Under the pieces are notes generated by a model. That model saw nothing but the letters and a program-made list of their open reading frames with translations, ran no database searches and was not told where the DNA came from. Positions 25,614 to 32,000 of a DNA stretch of 32,000 nt are shown piece by piece (the first letter of the stretch is position 1; every line of letters starts with the position of its first letter). Where the stretch lies: positions 1-32,000 of the forward strand of contig RQZE01000005.1 in NCBI GenBank assembly GCA_003858585.1, written 5' to 3'. A program made the translations under genes and the position numbers. This stretch comes from Erysipelotrichaceae bacterium OH741_COT-311. Lineage in GTDB: Bacteria; Bacillota_I; Bacilli_A; Erysipelotrichales; Erysipelotrichaceae.

Positions 25614-25979
25614 TTATTCTCCTTTATTTCTATACAATGATAAACCAACTAAAACACAACCTTCAATAAAAGTGATTTTTTCATTCTTTAAATAAGTAAG
25701 TAACTCTTCACTTTCCGCTCCCGGTTGTATAATAATCCCTTTGAATTGCTTTTTATTCTCTTGAATAAACTTTAACCCTAACACCGGATTAATACATAAA
25801 ACAATAATATCAATCTCTTTTTCTATTGCATTGATACTTGGATATTCACTATACACTCCAAATGCTTGATAGCCATGTTTTAATAATCCTTCTTTAATTT
25901 TATACGCATACTTTGATTCATCTAATGTTTTTCCAACTACCGCAAAGCTATGGTAGCTCATCATTTCCTTTAAATCCAT
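25614..25979 (-). CDS. CoA-binding domain protein (YccU/YneT-like).
   Basis: 121 aa beginning SFAVVGKTLDESKYAYKI... A GGAGG SD lies upstream. The gene ends 1-2 nt before the TrxR-like start. Confidence 0.7.
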   Translation of the reverse strand: MDLKEMMSYHSFAVVGKTLDESKYAYKIKEGLLKHGYQAFGVYSEYPSINAIEKEIDIIVLCINPVLGLKFIQENKKQFKGIIIQPGAESEELLTYLKNEKITFIEGCVLVGLSLYRNKGE

Positions 25980-26010
25980 AAAAATCCTCCATAGTTATAT
26001 CATACTGAAT

Positions 26011-26265
26011 TTACTTTGAATGTAACAGTATAAAGCTCATTAATGTATTGATAAACGAAGAAACAAACAAAGTACAAGCTAATACAAACGTGTAATCTAA
26101 GAAAAAATCTTGTCTTCCTTTAAACTGCATAAACAAATACATCGCAATCACTACACTAAGAAACGGTAATATCAATGCCTTCGCAAATGACTTTAATTTT
26201 AAAACATACTTCTTTTGAATGATTACCAATAAAATACCAACTATAACAATAACCCCGTACACCAT
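26011..26265 (-). CDS. Small membrane protein (84 aa, about 3 TM), unknown function.
   Basis: Track ORF. It starts 4 nt after the ABC exporter stop and is probably co-transcribed. Confidence 0.5.
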   Translation of the reverse strand: MVYGVIVIVGILLVIIQKKYVLKLKSFAKALILPFLSVVIAMYLFMQFKGRQDFFLDYTFVLACTLFVSSFINTLMSFILLHSK

Positions 26266-26269
26266 ATTA

Positions 26270-28015
26270 TTACCTCATCATATATCCCTGATTCAAACTG
26301 GCTAATTCATCATCTTTAAACTGCAAATTATATAAAGTTGCATATCCCTGTTGATGTAACATCAACTCTTCATGCTTACCATATTCCTGAATACTTCCAT
26401 TTACTACCAAGGCAATTTCATCTGCATGTTTAATCGTACTTAAACGATGCGCCACAACAATGGTTGTTCTACCCTTAGTCAAACGATCTAAAGCAGACTG
26501 TATTAATAACTCCGTTGTATTATCCAAAGCGCTTGTAGCCTCATCTAAAATTAAAATTTTAGGATTCTTCAAAAATACTCTGGCAATAGATAAACGCTGT
26601 TTTTGTCCACCGGAAAGCTTAACTCCACGCTCACCCACTTGACTATCAAAACCATCCGGAAGTGACATAATATACTCATAAATATTCGCATCTTTACTAG
26701 CCTGTATCACTTCTTCCATAGTGGCATCTAAACGCCCATAAAGAAGATTGTCCAAGATAGTACCATTAAATAAGAAAACATCTTGCTGCACAATCCCAAT
26801 TTGTCGACGCAAGGAAGCTTTTTTAATCTTATAAATTGGTATATCATCAATGAGTATTTCTCCACTGGAAACTGCATAGAAATTAGGTATTAAATGACAT
26901 ATTGTTGTTTTCCCTCCACCGGAAGGACCAACCAAAGCTAAGGTTTTGCCTAATGGAACATGAAAACTGATGTTATCTAAAATCTTACGTTGTTCATAAG
27001 CAAAACTTACTTCTTTAAAGGTAATATTTCCCTTTAAGTCATATTCTTGCGCATCCTTGTGATCCATCTCTTCTTCTTGATCTAAAATTTCTATAAAACG
27101 CTCAAATCCACTCATACCATTTTGATACTGTTCCATAAAACCAATTAACGTTGTAACAGGACCAATAAATAGATTAATCGATACAATAAAGGCGGAATAA
27201 TCCCCAAAGGTAATCTCATTACGATATAAGAAAATACCTCCTGCCACCAAACAAATGACATTAAATATATCTGTAATAAAACTCGTTGTAGAATGAAATA
27301 ATCCCATTGATTTGTAGGCTTTACTACGTGCCTTTACAAATTCCACATTTCCTTTTTCAAACTTTTTCGCTTCTAAAGACTCATTATTAAATGCCCTTGT
27401 AACTCGAATTCCTGTAATACTGCTTTGTAACGATCCATTAATAACCCCTACACTTTTCTTTGCCTCTTTAAAGGCTAAACGCATCTTATTCTTTAATAAC
27501 GTTGAAATAACGAAAAGTAAAGGAATACAAGAGAAAATGATTAACGTTAAGGAAACATTAATCGAAGAAAGATATAAAAAAGAAAAGACTATCATAACTG
27601 TACTAATAATTAGATTTTCAGGTCCATGATGTGCAAGCTCACTGACATCAAATAAATCACTGGTCATATGTGTCATAATCTGCCCTGTTTCATGTTGATC
27701 ATAGTAAGAAAACGGCAAACGCTCTAATTTATGGAATAAATCCTTACGCATATTCGCTTGCATATGAACACCAATAATATGACCGTAATACTGCACAAAA
27801 AATTTCAACAACATTCTTATAAAATACAAACCAAACAAAAAGATACCAAAGACAACTACCATACGATAGTTTTGATTTGGTATTAAATCATTTAACATTT
27901 TACGTGTTACAATCGGATAAATCATCCCAATTACAGATATGAAAAATGAAGCTAACATATCCAATGCAAACATCACTTTAAATGGTTTGTAATACTGAAT
28001 AAAACGTTTTAACAT
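26270..28015 (-). CDS. ABC exporter, fused permease and ATPase half-transporter (MsbA/multidrug type).
   Basis: 581 aa. The N-terminal half has 6 TM segments. The NBD has Walker A GPSGGGKTT, signature LSGGQKQR and Walker B ILILDEATS. Confidence 0.9.
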   Translation of the reverse strand: MLKRFIQYYKPFKVMFALDMLASFFISVIGMIYPIVTRKMLNDLIPNQNYRMVVVFGIFLFGLYFIRMLLKFFVQYYGHIIGVHMQANMRKDLFHKLERLPFSYYDQHETGQIMTHMTSDLFDVSELAHHGPENLIISTVMIVFSFLYLSSINVSLTLIIFSCIPLLFVISTLLKNKMRLAFKEAKKSVGVINGSLQSSITGIRVTRAFNNESLEAKKFEKGNVEFVKARSKAYKSMGLFHSTTSFITDIFNVICLVAGGIFLYRNEITFGDYSAFIVSINLFIGPVTTLIGFMEQYQNGMSGFERFIEILDQEEEMDHKDAQEYDLKGNITFKEVSFAYEQRKILDNISFHVPLGKTLALVGPSGGGKTTICHLIPNFYAVSSGEILIDDIPIYKIKKASLRRQIGIVQQDVFLFNGTILDNLLYGRLDATMEEVIQASKDANIYEYIMSLPDGFDSQVGERGVKLSGGQKQRLSIARVFLKNPKILILDEATSALDNTTELLIQSALDRLTKGRTTIVVAHRLSTIKHADEIALVVNGSIQEYGKHEELMLHQQGYATLYNLQFKDDELASLNQGYMMR

Positions 28016-28083
28016 GAAGCACCTCTATAAAATAAAATCATTATATCACACTTCTTCCAAAAGAATAGACATGTAACACATAT

Positions 28084-28106
28084 AAAAAGCAAGGTTACCC
28101 TTGCTT
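28084..28106 (-). terminator. psuG terminator that includes its last four codons.
   Basis: AAGCAAGG-GTAA-CCTTGCTT is followed by TTTTTAT on the minus strand. Confidence 0.75.
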
Positions 28107-29018
28107 AGATAATTCTATAGCGATTAAACTTGCGACAAATGCATTATTATAAACAAGTTGAATATTCGCCTCTAAACTCTTACCTGCTGTTAGCTTTTGA
28201 ATCTTATCCAATAAGAATGGTGTTGTTTCTTTCCCCGTAATTCCTAATGTAACACTTTCCTTGACTGCAGCTTCAATATTTTCTGTAATATAGTTTAAAT
28301 CCATCGCATACTCTTGCGGAATCGGATTAGCAACCACCATACCACCATGTAAACCAAGTGCCATTTTCGCATCAAATGCCTTTGCAATATCACTTGCAGT
28401 ATCTAAGCGATAATCCACTTTAAACCCTGAATGGGTTGTATAAAATGCCGGTAATTCTTCAGTTTGATAACCAACAACCGGAACACCCTTTGTTTCCAAG
28501 TATTCTAATGTTAAACCAATATCTAAAATAGATTTACATCCTGCACATACCACTAATACATTGGTCATCGCAAATTCATCTAAATCAGCTGAAATATCCA
28601 TGGTTGTTTGAGCATTACGATGCACACCACCAATACCACCTGTCGCAAATACTTTAATACCCGCTAAACTTGCTGCATACATTGTTGTCGCAACCGTTGT
28701 AGCTCCATCTTTATTTAAAGCACAAATGACCGGTAAATCACGACGTGATACCTTAGTGACCTTAAGCCCTTCTTTTCCTAAATATTCAATTTCTTCCGGT
28801 GATAAACCAACTGTAATCTTTCCTTTAATAATCGCAATGGTTGCAGGAATAGCACCATGCTTACGTACAATCTTCTCTACATTTAATGCCGTCTCTACAT
28901 TCTTAGGATATGGCATACCATGTGAAATAATGGTTGACTCTAAGGCTACGACCGGCTTACCCTCTTTGATTGCTTGTTGCACTTCTGGAGAAACAACTAA
29001 AAATTGTTCTAATTTCAT
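28095..29018 (-). CDS. psuG: Pseudouridine-5'-phosphate glycosidase.
   Basis: 307 aa. It begins with the IndA/PsuG-family sequence VALESTIISHGMPYPKN and also carries GGIGGVHR. Confidence 0.93.
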   Translation of the reverse strand: MKLEQFLVVSPEVQQAIKEGKPVVALESTIISHGMPYPKNVETALNVEKIVRKHGAIPATIAIIKGKITVGLSPEEIEYLGKEGLKVTKVSRRDLPVICALNKDGATTVATTMYAASLAGIKVFATGGIGGVHRNAQTTMDISADLDEFAMTNVLVVCAGCKSILDIGLTLEYLETKGVPVVGYQTEELPAFYTTHSGFKVDYRLDTASDIAKAFDAKMALGLHGGMVVANPIPQEYAMDLNYITENIEAAVKESVTLGITGKETTPFLLDKIQKLTAGKSLEANIQLVYNNAFVASLIAIELSKQG

Positions 29019-29020
29019 AC

Positions 29021-30091
29021 TTACCTACTTTCTAAATCTTCCGGTTTTAAATCCGGATTTACAGCGTGATGTGATTGCAATGTCACTCGACTGGCGTTTA
29101 ATCCGCAACGAGCTGCATCTTCAATCTTAAAGTCGTTAATAAAGGCATACACTAAACCAGCCATAAACGCATCTCCACAACCCGTTGAATTTACAATCTT
29201 CGTCTTAAAATTACGTTTAAAGCTACTCTTACGCTTACTTGTATAATAAATACCACGAGATCCTAGCGAAACAAAGACATTCTTAACTCCAAGACGCAAT
29301 AACTCCTTAGCTGCCATGGATACATCTTTATTTGTATTAATTTCACGACCAACCAATACCTCTAACTCCATAACATTTGGTTTAATGGTATGAAATTTAC
29401 CAATGTAAGGTTTAATTTTTAATGCCTTCTTCGTTGATACCGGATCTACAAAAATTGGAACCTTAACATGATTCACTAAAAATTCAATTGCTTCTTCACT
29501 AATATTGGTATCAATCACCAACAACTTACAACGATTGATGACATTCAACTTTGTCTTTAAAAATTCAGGTGTTAATAAATCGTATAATTCCATCGCACTA
29601 ACCGCAAGTTCCATTTCACCTCTTGGATCTGCAATGCAAAGGTAAGTAGAAGTATTTTGGTTGCTAGCACGTAATGAATTACGTGTATTAATACCAAGCT
29701 TATTACACTCATCCACAATCTTAGTACCATGTAAATCATCACCTAATACCGTGATCAACTCGATTTTTTGTTTTAACAAAGCTAAGTTTTTAGCGATGTT
29801 TCGACCAACACCACCAAAAGAATACGTGATCGTGCCAGGATTAGAATCATACTTTACAAGCTCATCATACGCCTTAGCAATAATATCCACATTTACCGCT
29901 CCAATAACACATACAGAACGATCTTCCTGTAAAATATAACCTTTCCCAACAATTTTACCCTTTTTCATTAAATTTGAAATATGCACCGCCACAGAAGAAC
30001 GTGCAATGTTTAACTCTTCTGCAATCTCATTTTGTGATATATCGGGCTTTGATGCAATTAACGATAGAATTTCAGACTCTCTTGCCGTCAT
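29021..30091 (-). CDS. psuK: Pseudouridine kinase (PfkB family) fused to an N-terminal winged-HTH domain.
   Basis: 356 aa. The first ~55 aa form the HTH (ESEILSLIASKPDISQNEIAEELNIARSSVAVHISNLMKKGKI). The PfkB motifs GGVGRN and the C-terminal TGCGDAF are present. The gene lies directly upstream of psuG. Confidence 0.85.
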   Translation of the reverse strand: MTARESEILSLIASKPDISQNEIAEELNIARSSVAVHISNLMKKGKIVGKGYILQEDRSVCVIGAVNVDIIAKAYDELVKYDSNPGTITYSFGGVGRNIAKNLALLKQKIELITVLGDDLHGTKIVDECNKLGINTRNSLRASNQNTSTYLCIADPRGEMELAVSAMELYDLLTPEFLKTKLNVINRCKLLVIDTNISEEAIEFLVNHVKVPIFVDPVSTKKALKIKPYIGKFHTIKPNVMELEVLVGREINTNKDVSMAAKELLRLGVKNVFVSLGSRGIYYTSKRKSSFKRNFKTKIVNSTGCGDAFMAGLVYAFINDFKIEDAARCGLNASRVTLQSHHAVNPDLKPEDLESR

Positions 30092-30100
30092 AACTACCTC

Positions 30101-30143
30101 CTTTATATATGTTTATAATACTAAACATATATAAAGAAGTCAA
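30101..30143 (-). promoter_or_regulatory. psuK-psuG promoter (TTGACT-17 nt-TATTAT) embedded in a perfect 15-bp inverted repeat, a candidate operator.
   Basis: The repeat CTTTATATATGTTTA-TAATAC-TAAACATATATAAAG spans 30101-30136. The -35 is at 30138-30143 and the -10 at 30115-20 on the minus strand. The GGAGG SD abuts the repeat. Confidence 0.65.
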
Positions 30144-30167
30144 TAACCTCCCTAAAATAAAAAGCGA

Positions 30168-30563
30168 TTATTTTTTCATAATCACTAATTCATTATAACC
30201 GGTTTCTTGATCAAACTCACGTTGAAATACATACTCTTTTAAAACCAACAAAACAATTTCACAAGTCGTATTCACCAAACAACCTTCACATAAATGTCCA
30301 CCAAAAACAGAGCCATTTTGATCTGCAAAACTGATATGTAAATGACAAGCATCTTGGTTGATGGTCCCATTTACACTTATAATTTCTAAATCTTCATCAA
30401 ACTCTTTATACTCCATCGCTTTTGCTAAGCGGATGTTAGCTTGATAAAGACACCCAACACTACTTACCACACAAGCCGCTTCGATTCCATTTTCTATACA
30501 AAAAGACAATAAGCTCTTTTTTAAATCTTGCCCTTTTCTTAAACGAATTACACAATGTTCCAT
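30168..30563 (-). CDS. PPC (DUF296) domain protein.
   Basis: 131 aa, with IRLRKGQDLKKSLLSFCIENGIEAACVVSSVGCL...HLHISFAD. The start overlaps the antiporter stop as TAATG. Confidence 0.75.
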   Translation of the reverse strand: MEHCVIRLRKGQDLKKSLLSFCIENGIEAACVVSSVGCLYQANIRLAKAMEYKEFDEDLEIISVNGTINQDACHLHISFADQNGSVFGGHLCEGCLVNTTCEIVLLVLKEYVFQREFDQETGYNELVIMKK

Positions 30564-31522
30564 TAGCGTCTTCCCACAATATAAATCAAGTATCCCACAA
30601 ACACCATCAGCATGAGCAAACCATGTCTACGCTTCAACTTATCTTGATACTTACAAATAACAAACGTCATAACCGTAATCACTATCATAAAAATAACATC
30701 AAACATAATTGCCGGATCAATGCTCATCGGTGATATGACACCACTTAGACCTAAAATAAACAATAAATTAAAGATATTTGATCCAACTACATTACCAACC
30801 GCAATATCTACTTCCCCTTTTTTAGCCGCCACCATCGAAGTCACTAACTCCGGCAAAGAAGTCCCAATGGAAACAATTGTTAAGCCAACCAATTTTTCAC
30901 TAAAACCTAAGCCTAAGGCAATTTCTTTCGCTGCCTTTACAACAAAATCTCCTCCAGCAATAATTCCAATTAATCCAATCATCATAAATACAATCGATTG
31001 TACAAGCCCAAACTTAGGCTTTTCTACCGTTAATGCCTCACGCTTTTTTAACGAATCATACACTAAGTAAGCTACATACATCACCAACAACATCAAAAAT
31101 ACAAGTGATTCAAAACGACCGATGGTATGATCAAAAAATAAGATACCATACAACATCACACTAAATACAATGACCAAAGGAAAATCAAACTTCACAATTG
31201 ATTTTGGTATCACAATATCCGCCATGCATGCACTAACCCCTAAAACCACTAATAAATTAAAAATATTAGATCCCACTACATTACTTACCGCAATATCATT
31301 ACTGGAAGTAATGGATGCAAAAATAGATACCGCTGCCTCCGGTGCACTTGTCCCAAAAGATACCACCGTTAATCCCACAATAATCGTAGGTACTTTTAAA
31401 ACACTTGATATGGAAGATGCTCCATCTACAAAATAATCCGCTCCTTTAATTAATAATACAAACCCCAATAATAAATACAATATCTCCATAGAATTCTCCA
31501 AATAACTCAACTCATTTATCAT
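30563..31522 (-). CDS. Ca2+/cation (Na+) antiporter, CaCA / YrbG family.
   Basis: 319 aa. It has two alpha-repeats, GTSAPE...GSNIFNLL and GTSLPE...GSNIFNLL. Confidence 0.9.
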   Translation of the reverse strand: MINELSYLENSMEILYLLLGFVLLIKGADYFVDGASSISSVLKVPTIIVGLTVVSFGTSAPEAAVSIFASITSSNDIAVSNVVGSNIFNLLVVLGVSACMADIVIPKSIVKFDFPLVIVFSVMLYGILFFDHTIGRFESLVFLMLLVMYVAYLVYDSLKKREALTVEKPKFGLVQSIVFMMIGLIGIIAGGDFVVKAAKEIALGLGFSEKLVGLTIVSIGTSLPELVTSMVAAKKGEVDIAVGNVVGSNIFNLLFILGLSGVISPMSIDPAIMFDVIFMIVITVMTFVICKYQDKLKRRHGLLMLMVFVGYLIYIVGRR

Positions 31523-31618
31523 AGCACATTTTACACCTAAGAGATAATAGTAATCTTACACTTCACTACGAAATATGCTAAAATTTACGTTGTGTATTTA
31601 TAAAGGATGGAAAGTAAT

Positions 31619-32000
31619 ATGAAAACATTAAAGTTAAAAGAAAACATATATTGGAATGGAATTTTGGATTATGATCTAAAAACATTTGACATTATTATGG
31701 AAACAAAATATGGAACTACCTATAATTCTTACTTGGTAAAAAGTAAGGATGAAGTTGCTCTAATTGAAACAGCCAAAGAACAATTTGTAGAAGACTACCT
31801 AGAAAAAATCAAAGAACTTACCGATATATCAAACATTAAATATATCATTGTAAATCATACAGAACCAGACCACGCCGGTTCCATTCAAACCTTACTAAAA
31901 TTAAACCCAAATATTACTATCGTTGGTACAAGTTCAGCATTATTATATCTAAAAAGCATTACCAACATGGAATTTAAATCCATTGCTACAAAAGAAAATC
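31619..32000 (+). CDS. Flavodiiron protein (FprA-type, metallo-beta-lactamase-like N-domain), 5' partial, runs off the right edge.
   Basis: My own translation gives MKTLKLKENIYWNGILDYDLKTFDIIMETKYGTTYNSYLVKSKDEVALIETAK...IIVNHTEPDHAGSIQTLL. It contains the HxExDH diiron motif. An extended -10 TGCTAAAAT lies upstream. Confidence 0.85.
   Translation, partial: MKTLKLKENIYWNGILDYDLKTFDIIMETKYGTTYNSYLVKSKDEVALIETAKEQFVEDYLEKIKELTDISNIKYIIVNHTEPDHAGSIQTLLKLNPNITIVGTSSALLYLKSITNMEFKSIATKEN

Noticed and set aside
30740-31300. Two DNA segments of roughly 85% identity (around 30760-30800 and 31250-31290). On the opposite strand they give mirrored peptides NKLKIFDPTTLPTAIS and NKLKILDPTTLLTAIS.
   Set aside because: They are the alpha-1 and alpha-2 repeats (GSNIFNLL) of the CaCA antiporter. 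This is an ancient internal gene duplication, not a mobile or regulatory repeat.
119-31436. Many track ORFs lie antisense to, or out of frame with, long well-supported genes: 119-424, 799-993, 2222-2419, 5407-5607, 6060-6296, 8195-8467, 9157-9348, 14332-14514, 15507-15749, 15664-15861, 15816-16010, 16721-16951, 21526-21717, 24331-24573, 24649-24846, 26460-26642, 28726-29130, 29661-29939, 30720-31070 and 31170-31436.
   Set aside because: These are shadow ORFs, which are common in AT-rich DNA. They lack SD sequences, have odd low-complexity composition, and each is fully embedded in a gene with clear homology or clear coding signal.
1-32000. A search for CRISPR arrays, tRNA or rRNA genes, IS elements, transposases and integrases.
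   Set aside because: I found no regularly spaced direct repeats, no cloverleaf-like segments in the intergenic regions, and no DDE, tyrosine-recombinase or serine-recombinase-like ORFs in the six-frame track.

Overview
This is a low-GC Firmicute chromosome segment. The gene content (nrdDG, a flavodiiron protein, a TrxR-like flavoprotein, pseudouridine catabolism) suggests an anaerobic, gut-type Erysipelotrichia- or Clostridia-like organism; that placement is inference only. From about 5.8 kb to 32 kb the window is ordinary core genome, mostly on the minus strand: a guanine-riboswitch-controlled purine permease plus guaA, an EamA transporter, nrdD-nrdG, a YitT-family protein, cyclophilin, an ABC-F ATPase, rlmA, an XRE regulator, CIRCE-controlled htpG, a CDF transporter, a WYL regulator, a polysaccharide deacetylase, HU, rhomboid, a TrxR-like flavoprotein with a CoA-binding protein, an ABC exporter, HTH-psuK and psuG, a PPC/DUF296 protein, a CaCA antiporter, and the start of a flavodiiron protein. 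The left ~5.7 kb lies directly downstream of the guaA 3' end, a known island-integration hotspot, and looks accessory. It holds a small membrane protein, a decayed ORF6N gene, AT-rich non-coding DNA, and a tightly coupled five-gene minus-strand operon running from 4065 past position 1. That operon is built around a divergent Hsp90/MORC-type GHKL ATPase. It also carries three proteins with no domain I can recognise and a zinc-ribbon protein with an RNA-polymerase alpha-CTD-like domain that is cut by the window edge. This operon is my best candidate for an undescribed defence or conflict system. I saw no rRNA, tRNA, CRISPR array, transposase or integrase. Coordinates that I derived by hand (hairpins, boxes, revised starts) may be off by 1-2 nt.
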